Of a DNA stretch of 64,000 nt, positions 8,452 to 18,320 are shown in pieces. The translations under genes and the position numbers were made by a program. The notes beneath the pieces are model-generated. The model searched no databases. It worked only from the letters and a program-made list of their open reading frames with translations, and was not told where the DNA came from. The DNA is taken from assembly GCA_963775955.1 (NCBI GenBank), contig CAVZKT010000002.1, positions 7,994 to 71,993 of the forward strand, read 5' to 3'. How positions within the stretch are numbered: position 1 is the stretch's first letter; each line of letters starts with the position of its first letter. This DNA comes from Candidatus Moraniibacteriota bacterium. GTDB lineage: Bacteria; Patescibacteriota; Minisyncoccia; Moranbacterales; UBA2206.

Positions 8452-10715
8452 TGGAAAACGACATTCTAAAAAATCTGAATCCGGCGCAGAGGGAAGCCGT
8501 GGAAACCACTGAAGGGGCGGTTTTGATCATTGCCGGAGCCGGCTCGGGCAAGACCAGGGCGCTCACGCACCGCGTGGCCTATCTGATCAAAGAAAAAAAG
8601 ATTCCGCCGCGAAATATTCTGGCGGTGACTTTTACCAACAAAGCGGCGCAAGAAATGAAAGAACGAGTGCGGGTATTATTAGATGTTAATAACCAAAAAC
8701 TAAAAACTAAAAACTACGAACTTCCAATAATGGGCACTTTCCATTCTATCTGCGCGCGGATATTGCGCCACGAAATTGAAAAATTGGGCTATAAAAAAAC
8801 TTTCAATATTTTTGACGACCAGGACCAACTGGCGACGATGAAAAAGGCGATGAAGGAAAGTGAGATGGACATGGAGCAATTTAAACCGCAGGCGATGCTT
8901 AATGCGATTTCCAAAGCCAAGAATGAACTGATTGACGCGGCGACTACAGAGAATCCATCGGCAGTTATTATGAAGAAACGGTGTCCAAGGCCTATATTGC
9001 TTACCAAAAAAAACTCAAAGAGCAAAACGCGCTTGATTTTGACGATATTATCATGCTCACCGTCCAATTATTCCGGAAATTTCCGGAAATTTTGGAAAAA
9101 TACCAGAATTTTTTCCGCTATATCATGGTGGACGAATACCAAGACACTAATCGCGCGCAATATACCTTGATTAATATGCTAGCCAAAAGGAACGGCAACA
9201 TCTGCGTCGTGGGCGATGACTGGCAGGGTATATATTCCTGGCGCGGAGCGAACATCCAAAATATCCTGGATTTTGAAAAGGATTATCCTAGCGCCAAAGT
9301 CATAAAATTGGAGCAAAACTACCGTTCCACGCAGAACATTTTGGATGCGGCCTATGGCGTAATTTCCAAAAATATCAACCGCAAGGACAAAAAAATTTGG
9401 ACCCAGAGCGCCAGCGGACAACTCATAACCTCCTATGAAGCCGGAGATGAAAGAGATGAGGCGGAATTTGTGGTGAAGGAAGTTTTGCAAGAGAGAGAAA
9501 AAGAAAAACACAAATTTTCCGATTTTGTAGTTTTGTATCGTACCAACGCGCAATCCCGCATCATGGAAGAAGTGATGCTTCAAAATTCAATTCCCTATAG
9601 GATAATCGGCGGAATAAAATTTTATTTGCGCAAGGAAATAAAAGACATTATCGCCTATTTGCGCCTCATTCAAAATTTCAATGACGCGGTATCGCTGGAG
9701 AGAATAATAAATGAACCCAAAAGAGGCATTGGAGAAGTTACGCTTAAGCATTGGGTTGAAACTTTCAAAAGAAAATAATATTGATCTGATTAATTGCGGA
9801 TTTACAAATCCGAAATCCGAAATCCTAAATCCGAAATAAATTCAAATCCGCCAACCGGCGGACAAAATTCAAAAATCTCGACTGGAAAATATTTTTAAGT
9901 TTTGTGATTTTATCAAAAGGATGAATGAGGCGATCCGCAAATTGCCGCTGACTGATTTTATGGAAAAAGTCTTTGCAGAGTCCGGGTATGAAAAATTTCT
10001 TTTGGACGGCACGGAAGAGGGAGAAATGCGGCGGGAGAATATCCGGGAGCTGCTGACAGTGGCCAAAAAATACACAGAATATAAAGGCGAAGAAGCCCTG
10101 CGGATGTTTTTGGAAGAAGTCGCGCTGGCATCTGACACGGACAATGTGAACCAAAACCTGGATGCCGTGCACCTTATGACGCTTCACAGCGCCAAGGGAT
10201 TGGAATTTAAAGTCGTTTTTATTGCCGGCCTGGAAGAAGGAATCCTGCCTCATTCCCGCAGTATGCTGGATCAGGGCGAAATGGAAGAGGAAAGGCGGCT
10301 GATGTATGTCGGCATCACGCGCGCCAAAGAAAAAGTTTATCTGTTGTTTACCAGCCAGCGCAATATTTTTGGTTCCACGCAAGTTAATCCGCCATCAAGA
10401 TTTCTGGATGATATACCGCCGCACCTTGTGCGGAATTTCCAATTTCCAATTTCCAATTTCCAAACAAATTCCAAATTACAAAATCAAATCCAAAAATTTC
10501 CCCTCACCCGTCCCGATATACATCAGGACACCCTCTCCCGAAAGGAGAGGGAAATACGGAATAAAAACACTTTTAAAGATGGTGATAGGGTAAAACACAA
10601 AATTTTCGGCGAGGGCCTAATAGTTTCCTCGCAAGGCGATACACTCACAATCGCTTTTTCCAAATCCGGGCTAAAGAAGCTTTCCGCTTCCATCGCGCCG
10701 CTTAAGAAGATTTAG
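8451..10715 (+). CDS. pcrA: ATP-dependent DNA helicase PcrA/UvrD (interrupted: frame changes near 8941 and 9765, in-frame TAA at 9837)
   Basis: Fragments 8451-9170, 8981-9778 and 9921-10715. Motifs AGAGSGKT, TFHSICARIL, VDEYQDTN, VGDDWQGIYSWRGA, LEQNYRST, TLHSAKGLEF, MYVGITRAKE. Confidence 0.9.
9806..9837 (+). repeat. tandem heptamer repeat (AAATCCG)x4.5 inside pcrA
   Basis: AAATCCGAAATCCGAAATCCTAAATCCGAAAT, followed by hairpin TCCGCCAACCGGCGGA. Confidence 0.8.
10432..10498 (+). repeat. tandem heptamer repeat (TTCCAAT)n and derivatives inside pcrA C-terminus
   Basis: GGAATTTCCAATTTCCAATTTCCAATTTCCAAACAAATTCCAAATTACAAAATCAAATCC, translated as RNFQFPISNFQTNSKLQNQIQ. Confidence 0.8.
10499..10552 (+). 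repeat. double-hairpin GC-rich element, copy in pcrA
   Basis: TCCCCTCACCCGTCCCGATATACATCAGGACACCCTCTCCCGAAAGGAGAGGG, same architecture as 25343-25390 and (inverted) 12796-12845. Confidence 0.75.
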
Positions 10716-11758
10716 TAAATGTAGCCTTTAATAATCCGGCTTCTGGCGTCAAGAACCCTGAAGTCTTTTTTGGCCCAGCCATTATAGTTCATTTCGGAAA
10801 TAGTTACGTTGCTGCCGCTGACTTTTTCCACAATGCCGACATGGCCCCACCATGACTCCGAAGTCACAATAATCGCTCCCGGGCGCGGAGTCTTGCCGGT
10901 AGAATAGCCCATAGACTTGGCGTGGTAAAGCCAGGTACCGGCGTTTCCCGACCAGGGAACATACCTTCTTTGGGCTACATACCAGGTGCAATACCCATAT
11001 GGAAACTTATGTCCCGCGCCGGCTTTTCCGGAAAGAGCTGTGCCGGATGGAGTAAAAGATTCATACGGGCGGGCGGCAATCGGCGTCCGGGGGACAGCGG
11101 GAGCTGCCACCTCTTTCTGGCCGTTTGGAATTATAATTTGCTCTCCAGCTTTGAGTTCGCCATCAGCCGGCAAATCATTAAAAGCGATAATTTTACCCTT
11201 ATCGGCTTTATATTTGTTGGCAATAGCGTCCAAGCTGTCGCCGGATTTGACCGTATAAGTCAGGCCGGCAACCGGCAAAATAAATATTTTATCTCCAGGC
11301 ATAATTGAATCAACATTATCAAGCTCATTGGACCAGAGGATGGTATTGACGGTGATATTAAATTTTGAAGCGATGGAGCTCACCGTATCTCCGGAGCGGA
11401 CTTCATAAATTTTTACGCCCCCGTCTTCTTCCGGATCCCGTTTAACCGGGCTGGTGCCGGCCACAATTGCCTGGCCCTGGAGGATAAAAGTTTCATTTTC
11501 ATCTTCAAGTTTTGCATTCGGGTCGGGAGCCGTGCTGGATTTAGATAAGTCAACCATGGCTAAATCATGTTTTTTACTGGCCTCCAAAGACATTTTATTG
11601 GCCAGCGGATTTTCATAATTATCTTCACTGCCGAGCGAGCCAAATAAAAAACCACTGGATTCTTTTCCTGCGGCCAAGTTAGTTGCCGAAACCAGAAGAG
11701 CGCTGGAGATAACCACTATAAGCGCGGAGTATCTGCGGAAGAGGTGAAGAGCCTTCAC
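10712..11758 (-). CDS. secreted LysM-repeat / CHAP-domain peptidoglycan hydrolase
   Basis: N-terminal TM/signal, two LysM repeats (YEVRSGDTVSSIASKF..., YTVKSGDSLDAIANKY...), C-terminal CHAP with CTWYV and GHVGIV. Confidence 0.8.
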   Translation of the reverse strand: MKALHLFRRYSALIVVISSALLVSATNLAAGKESSGFLFGSLGSEDNYENPLANKMSLEASKKHDLAMVDLSKSSTAPDPNAKLEDENETFILQGQAIVAGTSPVKRDPEEDGGVKIYEVRSGDTVSSIASKFNITVNTILWSNELDNVDSIMPGDKIFILPVAGLTYTVKSGDSLDAIANKYKADKGKIIAFNDLPADGELKAGEQIIIPNGQKEVAAPAVPRTPIAARPYESFTPSGTALSGKAGAGHKFPYGYCTWYVAQRRYVPWSGNAGTWLYHAKSMGYSTGKTPRPGAIIVTSESWWGHVGIVEKVSGSNVTISEMNYNGWAKKDFRVLDARSRIIKGYIY

Positions 11759-11911
11759 TGTCCGGCGTTCTTTTATAAATGTGGCAATGTTTTTTTGTTG
11801 AATATTTATCTGCTGGCGCAGATTATTCAGGTTTGCCCGCCCTAATAAACCTTGAGTAATGGAGGCGACTAGTTTACTAATGGTGTTGAGCCTTAATTTT
11901 TAACAACTTCC

Positions 11912-11940
11912 ACTATAGCAAACTGAACCAAGCCAGTCAA
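11912..11940 (-). promoter_or_regulatory. sigma70-type promoter for the LysM/CHAP gene
   Basis: Minus strand TTGACT-N17-TATAGT with TGC immediately upstream of the -10. Confidence 0.5.
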
Positions 11941-12071
11941 GGGCGCTGTCAGGAGGGCATATTTTGCTGATCTTAAGCCAAAATAGCCTTTTATAAATTT
12001 TTTGATCTTCGACCATTTTCAATTGTGGTAACTTGGTGTATGATGAAAATGTAAATGTCGCACAATAAATT

Positions 12072-12150
12072 CTCGTAACTCGACTCTCATAACTCGCAAC
12101 AAATCGGACTGGAAATAAAATAGTGTCAAGTTGCGGGTTGCGAGAGTCGA
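12072..12150 (+). repeat. heptad-word hairpin (CGTAACT family) in the xerC-like 5' leader
   Basis: CTCGTAACTCGACTCTCATAACTCGCAAC ... GTTGCGGGTTGCGAGAGTCGA. The arms pair with G:U at the transition differences. Confidence 0.75.
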
Positions 12151-12157
12151 TAAATTT

Positions 12158-13110
12158 ATGATAATTAGAGATCTCAAAAACCAATTTCTGGAATACCTGG
12201 AGATTGAAAAAGGCAAGGCCGGGAAAACTATTGAGAACTATGGCCACTATCTGAATCGGTTTATTGGATGGTCTAAAGTTTTCGATCCCCAGGATATTAC
12301 CGAAGAAACCGTCAGGGGGTTTCGGGTTTATCTTAATCGCTACGAGGACAAAAAAGGGCGGAATCTCAAAAAAATAACCCAAAATTACTATATTATCGCT
12401 CTGCGCAGTTTTTTGAAATATTTGGCCAAAAAGGATATTAAAACGCTGCAAGCGGAGAAAGTGGAAGTGGGAAAAGTGGTCCGTAAAGAAGTGGAATTCC
12501 TGGAAGCGGAGGAAGTGGAGCGAATTTTGGGCGCGGCCGACGGGAATAGTTCCAAGGTTTTGCGGGACCGGGCGATGCTGGAGCTGCTTTTCTCATCCGG
12601 TCTTCGTGTTTCCGAACTCACCAACATTGATCGCGACAAATTGGATCTCAAAAACCAGGAATTTACGGTGCGGGGCAAGGGAGACAAAATAAGGCTGGTT
12701 TTTGTTTCGGACAGCGCCAAAAGAGCGCTGGAAAAATATCTCGATAAGCGGACCGATATTGATCCGGCCTTATTTATTAGAATTCAAGCCAAATTTCCTT
12801 CTCCCTTTGAGGGAAGAAGGTCGGCCGCAGGCCGGATGAGGGTCAGTTAGATCTGCGGCTCACCCCCCGCAGTGTCCAAAGAATGGTCAAATATTACGCG
12901 GCCAAGGCGGGCATCATAAAAGACGTCCATCCGCACACTTTGCGCCATTCTTTCGCCACAGATTTATTGATAAACGGCGCCGATATCCGCAGTGTCCAGG
13001 CCATGCTTGGCCATTCTTCCATTACGACGACGCAAATTTATACCCACATTACCAACCAGCAGCTCAAAGAAGTCCACAAAGCGTTCCACGCGAGAAGAAG
13101 AAAAAAATAA
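12158..13110 (+). CDS. tyrosine site-specific recombinase XerC/XerD-like (frame broken at inserted element about 12796-12850)
   Basis: N-terminal SAM-like domain ([18 protein letters not shown]), [20 protein letters not shown], then after the break [14 protein letters not shown]...[14 protein letters not shown]. Confidence 0.85.
12796..12845 (-). repeat. double-hairpin GC-rich element, inverted copy in the xerC-like gene
   Basis: CCTTCTCCCTTTGAGGGAAGAAGGTCGGCCGCAGGCCGGATGAGGGTC, the reverse-orientation equivalent of the tilS copy. Confidence 0.75.
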
Positions 13111-13133
13111 TCCGCCGCGGCGGATTATTTTTA
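13109..13133 (+). terminator. hairpin AATCCGCCGCGGCGGATT + T-run (xerC-like terminator)
   Basis: Perfect palindrome overlapping the stop codon, followed by ATTTTTAT. Confidence 0.6.
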
Positions 13134-13135
13134 TG

Positions 13136-13208
13136 TGGGCCCGGCTGGATTCGAACCAGCGACCAAGCGATTATGAGTCGCCTGCTACTACCGCTGAGCT
13201 ACGGGCCC
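13136..13208 (-). tRNA. tRNA with CAT anticodon (elongator Met or lysidine-Ile)
   Basis: Minus strand GGGCCCG-TA-GCTC...loop CTCATAA...GCTGG-TTCGAAT-CCAGC-CGGGCCC-A cloverleaf. Confidence 0.85.
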
Positions 13209-13233
13209 GATATTATTTTTTTAATAAATTTAG

Positions 13234-13304
13234 TGGACTCACAGGGAGTCGAACCCTGCACTGAACCATGCCATGGTCCCGTAATACCGATTTACTATGA
13301 GCCC
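13234..13304 (-). tRNA. tRNA-Ala(GGC)
   Basis: Minus strand GGGCTCA...GGACC-ATGGCAT-GGTTC...CAGGG-TTCGACT-CCCTG-TGAGTCC-A, with the G3:U70 Ala identity pair. Confidence 0.85.
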
Positions 13305-13394
13305 GTTTAGCCACGGCTTAAATCCATAATATCATATCAGAAAAAAATTGTTAGTCAAAAAAAAGAGGCTTGTCGTTTGTTCCGACAAGCCCCG

Positions 13395-14507
13395 CTAATC
13401 ATCAGGCGCTAATCCCTTCAGTCTGTTCATTAAATCTTCAACAGACAGAATTTTTTTGACGCGATCAGCGTTTGTTCCTACGGTATAAAGAGCTAAATCT
13501 TCTATGCATCCGGCAGAGGCTAGCAAGCCGCTGCAAATGTCAAAATATTTCTCACAGTCGTGGCGAGCCGGACAAACCGTAAATTTTCCCTCGGCATCTT
13601 TTCGCAGGACATATCCCTTATCGCAAAAGGGTTTGCGGGATTTGCTTCCCATAAACATCGGTGACTGCTTAACCACTCTAAAGGGAAGTCCACAAGGAGA
13701 TCCGGGAGGATTTATTTCAGGATCGGCAATAACAATATCCTCTTTTTTACAGTTAATAACTGCCTGTTTGTATGCGCTTGTCGCGCTGCTTTCTTCCGTT
13801 GCCAGGAATCTTGTTCCCATTTGTACCCCGTCGGCTCCCTGTTTAATCCAATAAAGAATATCCGCATGAGTATAAATTCCTCCAGCGACAATCACCGGAA
13901 AATCACCATGTTTTTTGGCGATATCCTTAATCAGAGGTAAAAGATTTTCCAGTTTGTTTGACTCAAGATTAATCTGGTCAATTTTAAATCCAAGGTGCCC
14001 TCCCGCCAAGGGTCCTTCCAAAACAACTGCATCCGGCTGATATCCCAGCTTTTCCCATTTTTTGCAAATAATTTCCAGCGCGCGGTCAGATGAAGCAATA
14101 GGGATAAGAGCGGTGTCGCCAGGCGGCTTAATCGCGGGCAAATTTGTGGGAAGACCAGCGCCGGAAATAATGAAATCAACTTTAGCATCAATGGCTGCCC
14201 GCACTGAAACTTTAAAATCTCTCTGCAAAGCAAACATTATATTTATTCCTATGAATCCATAATCTCCCCGGGTTTTTGCATTTGCGATTTGAATGCAAAT
14301 TGCTTCATACTGGCCTACATCTCTGTCAACTTTTTTGCTCACGAGGCGATCAAGGCCGGCGCTGGAAATAACTCCGACTCCGCCTTCGCGCGCAACTGCC
14401 CCAGCCAATAGATCCAAAGAAACACCTACTCCCATTCCTCCCTGAATAATGCAAACAGGGATTTTTTTGCCTTTAATAATTAGAGCAGGCAATAAGCTTT
14501 TTTTCAT
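13395..14507 (-). CDS. nitronate monooxygenase / FabK-like FMN oxidoreductase family protein
   Basis: IIQGGMGVGVS, GINIMFALQ, VLEGPLAGGHLGF, VAGGIYTHADI...GADGVQMGTRFLATEES. Confidence 0.75.
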   Translation of the reverse strand: MKKSLLPALIIKGKKIPVCIIQGGMGVGVSLDLLAGAVAREGGVGVISSAGLDRLVSKKVDRDVGQYEAICIQIANAKTRGDYGFIGINIMFALQRDFKVSVRAAIDAKVDFIISGAGLPTNLPAIKPPGDTALIPIASSDRALEIICKKWEKLGYQPDAVVLEGPLAGGHLGFKIDQINLESNKLENLLPLIKDIAKKHGDFPVIVAGGIYTHADILYWIKQGADGVQMGTRFLATEESSATSAYKQAVINCKKEDIVIADPEINPPGSPCGLPFRVVKQSPMFMGSKSRKPFCDKGYVLRKDAEGKFTVCPARHDCEKYFDICSGLLASAGCIEDLALYTVGTNADRVKKILSVEDLMNRLKGLAPDD

Positions 14508-14615
14508 ATTTTACCTCCCTGTTTTTTTGGTTTGTTTTTAAAAAACTTCTTTTCAGTTTGCCAATTTCAGCAATATTTACATAATAAATCTAACTTGTAG
14601 TATAATAAAGGTATT

Positions 14616-16096
14616 ATGGCAATCCTGTCAAGAACGTGGAATAATTTTAGATCCCGGCCGGACGCGTGGTTTTTCTACGGTTTCCTTTTAACCTTCGCAT
14701 TATCTATCCGCAAGGTTTTATTTTTTTATCCGATCAAGGGTAATTTCAATGAATATGCCGGAATTTACCTTTATTTAAGCGATATATTACTAATTTTAAC
14801 AATTCTGGTCTGGTTTTATACTATATTACGAAATAAAAGGTCTGATTTGTCAAGTTGTATCAAATTCTTCAGCCGTCAGGAGGTTTACATTTTGCCACTT
14901 GTGTTAGCGGTCTGGACATTTTTAAGTGTCTCGTGGGCAGACAACACAAACCTGGCGCTTTTTAAATCGCTTAAATTAACCGAATTTGGCTTATTATTTA
15001 TATATATTGCATATAATGCTTTAAATAAGCCTTTTATCCGCAATACAGTCGGCTTAATTGTTATTTTAGGCTTTATACAAGCCATAATTGGCGTAGCACA
15101 GGCCATTTTACAGCATTCCGTCGGCTTATTTTGGCTTAGAGAAAGCCTAATTTCGCTAAATATTGACGGCGTAGCCAAAGTTATGCTTTTTGGGCATAAA
15201 TTTATCCGTGCTTATGGCCTGTTCCCGCATCCTAACATTTTAGGCGGATTTTTACTGATCTCTATAATTTTTACCGTTCTCTATGATAAAATGTTCCATA
15301 CCCGCCCCGTAGGATGTTCCATGTGGAACATTCCTTCCGGGGTGGAACATTTTCGTTTTTTGCATAGTCGAATAGTTTTATTGATTTTGCTCTTATTTCA
15401 AATACTAGCGCTTTTGTTAACCTTTTCTAAGTCGGCTGTTTTAGGGTTATTTATTGTTATTTGCTATGGCAGTTACAAATTTGTTTCACGAGGAACATTG
15501 GGTAGCTTAATTAAATTGTTCCACGTGAAACATTTCTGTAGATATTTGGTTTCGATCGTAATAATGTTCGCTCTTTTACTAACAATTTTGGGCTTTAATA
15601 TAAACTCTCTGCTTTTTAAATCCCTTAATGAAAGGCTTTTATACCTGAATGTTTCACGTGAAACAATTGCGGATAATCCAATAGTTGGGTTGGGTATGGG
15701 GCAATTTGTGGCGGAAATGCAGAGATATAGCTCTGTTTTTCTAGCCAACTGGCAATATCAGCCGGTCCATAATGTTTTCCTTCTGATCTGGAGCGAACTG
15801 GGCATAATCGGTCTGGTGCTGTTTATTTTGTTTTTGTGGAAGGTGTTTAGGGCAAATAAAATGTTCCACCCCGGTAGGAGAATGTTCCACGTGAAACAAT
15901 TTCATCCGACGGGGCAAGCGTGGAACATTTTCATGTTTCAGGGGGTGAAATAATTGTATTTAAAGCCATTTTACTTGGCTTCATAATCATCATGCTTTTT
16001 GACCACTACTTCTGGGACATCCAACAGGGGCAAATAATGCTTTGGATGATTCTGGGACTAGTCGCTGGCGCTGGAGCTAAAAATAATAATCAGTAA
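14616..16096 (+). CDS. O-antigen ligase (Wzy_C)-like polytopic membrane protein (frameshift near 15950)
   Basis: About 12 TM segments, ...RAYGLFPHPNILGGFL..., GLGMGQF. The tail IVFKAILLGFIIIMLFDHYFWDIQQGQIMLWMILGLVAG continues in another frame to stop at 16094-16096. Confidence 0.7.
15291..15928 (+). repeat. cluster of five TGTTCCACGTGAAACA-type palindromes inside the O-antigen-ligase gene
   Basis: Copies at 15291-15350 (nested), 15482-15497, 15517-15532, 15650-15665 and 15861-15928 (nested), translated as MFH../FHVKH/VSRET peptides. Confidence 0.8.
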
Positions 16097-16126
16097 TTGA
16101 CAAAATGCAGAAATTTTTGCTATAAT
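16097..16126 (+). promoter_or_regulatory. strong sigma70-type promoter (TTGACA-N18-TGCTATAAT)
   Basis: TTGACA at 16097-16102 and TATAAT at 16121-16126 with an extended -10 TG. Followed at once by hairpin TGTAAACAAGAGGTTTACA + T-run. Confidence 0.5.
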
Positions 16127-16269
16127 TGTAAACAAGAGGTTTACAATTTTTTATTTGTTGATAATGCTTTAAATAAGCCATAAAATGGCAATAAAATCAT
16201 AATAATTATTAAATTTGTAAGTTTGACTTTACACTTTTGTAAAATCAAGTTACAATGGCTCGTTGGATT

Positions 16270-17042
16270 ATGAAAAAGAAAATTATAGCGGAAAATCTAA
16301 CAAGGGCTCTTTTACAATTAGGGTTAACTGAGAAAGGAAATGGCAACCTATTTAGTGTTGCTGGAAAATGGCACGCTAACTGTGCAGGATATCGCGCGCG
16401 AAAGCCGGCCTAAGCCGGGTGACGACCTATGCCGCGATAGATGAGCTGAAATCCAAGGGGTTGGTGGCTGAAAGCCGAAAAGGCAAAAGGAGACTGTTTG
16501 TAGCTGAAAATCCGGAAAGTCTTAAAGATCTTACTGAAGTGAAAAAACCCAACAGTTGGAAAAAGAAAAAGCATCACTGGAAAATATAATTCTTCCAGCG
16601 CTAAAGGCGATAAATATCAATCAGACTGGACAAACCACAGATAAAGTTCTTTGAAGGCGCGGATGGGATCAACCGGGTTTATGATGAATACATTTTGAAA
16701 GAAAAAGATTGTATCAACTGCGGATCATATGAAACCGCAACGAAAGTGCTGACCTTCAAAGACGAAGAAGATTATATTCAGGAAGTAAAGAAACTAAAAA
16801 TATTTTATCGCATGATTTTGGAAAACACGCCACTCAACAGAAAATTCGGCGAAATGGCCAAAGGCATCGCGCACACAAAATATCTGGCGCCAGAAACAAA
16901 AATTTCCGCGGACATTGTGGTCGCCGGGCCGTTGGTAGCCTTGATTTCCTATGACAGAAAATCCGCGACACTAATCGAAGACGAATCCATCGCGCAAGCG
17001 ATCAAAATGTATTTGGATTTTATGTGGGAACAGTTACGATAA
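16270..17042 (+). pseudogene. TrmB-like winged-helix transcriptional regulator, about 5 frame disruptions
   Basis: Pieces in three frames: MKKKIIAENLTRALLQLGLTEKE / ATYLVLLENGTLTVQDIARES / VTTYAAIDELKSKGLVAESRKGKRRLFVAENPESL / ...FFEGADGINRVYDEYI / intact C-terminal ORF 16695-17042. Confidence 0.6.
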
Positions 17043-17063
17043 AATTGAAAAAGGAGGTGCTGT

Positions 17064-17417
17064 ATGGTAAGCAAGGAATTAAAGCAGCAATGGGAAGATG
17101 AGGCTGATGAAAGGTTTCCCGAGTTTGCTGAAATATTCAAAATATTCTCGGATTATTATTCTCCCGTGCTCATCGCAACTTTTTTCTTGGCAACAAAAGA
17201 AATGGCCGATAAGATTATTGGACCAGGAGGGGCTACAATGGCAAAGGTGCTAGGACTTTTTGCGGAGACTTGGCGGCTGGCAATCAAGAAAAGTTGTCCT
17301 CCGTGTTGCAAAGCCGATTTTCTGTCATTATTGTCAGAAGCAGTAATAATCTGGGAAGAGAATGGGCGCAAAGACGCCACAATAGAAACCCTGCGCAGAG
17401 TGTGGAGGAAAGTTTAA
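17064..17417 (+). CDS. hypothetical protein
   Basis: 117-aa ORF preceded by AAGGAGG. Confidence 0.5.
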   Translation: MVSKELKQQWEDEADERFPEFAEIFKIFSDYYSPVLIATFFLATKEMADKIIGPGGATMAKVLGLFAETWRLAIKKSCPPCCKADFLSLLSEAVIIWEENGRKDATIETLRRVWRKV

Positions 17418-17448
17418 ATTCGCAGAATGCATTCGAGGGAGGAAATAA

Positions 17449-17791
17449 AATGTTAGAAAATTTCTTTTTATTTAGTATGGATGATATGTTAAGGCAGGCG
17501 GTAGATAATTTGGGAGAAATCTACTGGAAATTTTATGCAGAACAAAATGAAATTTCCAAACTCTTAAAAGTAAAAGAGAAGAAAAAGCGTGTATATATCA
17601 CTTTCGAACCTATTTTTTCTTTCGGAGAAACTTCCATTAGACATGAAATGTGTTTTGAGAAATTGGGAACACTTTTGAGTATTTTGGATGATATGATGAA
17701 ATATTTTCCAGAGCGATGTAAGGCGAAAGAACAGATAGTGAGCTTAATAAGGCGTCTTCTTGAAAACGAGAAGAAAAAAGTCATTATTTGA
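17449..17791 (+). CDS. hypothetical protein
   Basis: ATG at 17449 preceded by GAGGGAGG. The track ORF 17270..17791 overlaps the previous gene. Confidence 0.5.
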
Positions 17792-17853
17792 AAAATCACC
17801 GCATTATCTCGTGCTTGCTAATTATCTCAAAAAATTAGAATCAGGAGGATAAA

Positions 17854-18012
17854 ATGAAAGAACAAGGATTAGACTTATTAGAAGCAGCGAAAAGTTTTGC
17901 GGAGAATCGCGACAAGATGACGGAAAAACTAAGTACAGTCAGCGACATGGGTATAGTGAGACAAGTACGGAAAATATTGAGAACAAAGATAATTCCCAAA
18001 TTTTCCCCTTGA
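17854..18012 (+). CDS. small hypothetical protein (52 aa; may continue after an indel)
   Basis: AGGAGGA 7 nt upstream of the ATG. MKEQGLDLLEAAKSFAENRDKMTEKLSTVSDMGIVRQVRKILRTKIIPKFSP. Confidence 0.35.
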   Translation: MKEQGLDLLEAAKSFAENRDKMTEKLSTVSDMGIVRQVRKILRTKIIPKFSP

Positions 18013-18320
18013 TACAGTTTCTTAATTCTTGCTGCCGACACTCTTCAAAAAGATACCACTTACTTAAATATAGGCTTGGGAGAAATACCGTTATAAAACT
18101 GGAGCGAGAAGGATTTCATATGTGTGACTGCTCGGTTTGGATGAAGATTAGAAAAAAATGAATCACTCAAGATAGATAATAAATCAAAAGGCGGACCGGA
18201 ACACCGGCCGCCTTTTTAAATTCTATTTGCTTTTATTTGCGTGCGTAATATAATAGCTTGACGAAAGAAAAAGGTCGCCTGCGCCTATGGCTATGGAAGA
18301 CCGAAGGAGGTGAAATTAAA

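Noticed and set aside
9806-10498. Tandem short repeats (heptamers), considered as CRISPR arrays or phase-variable SSR switches.
   Set aside because: The units are 7 nt with no spacers, so this is not CRISPR. The arrays are imperfect and short (3-5 units), and there is no evidence for length variation from a single sequence.
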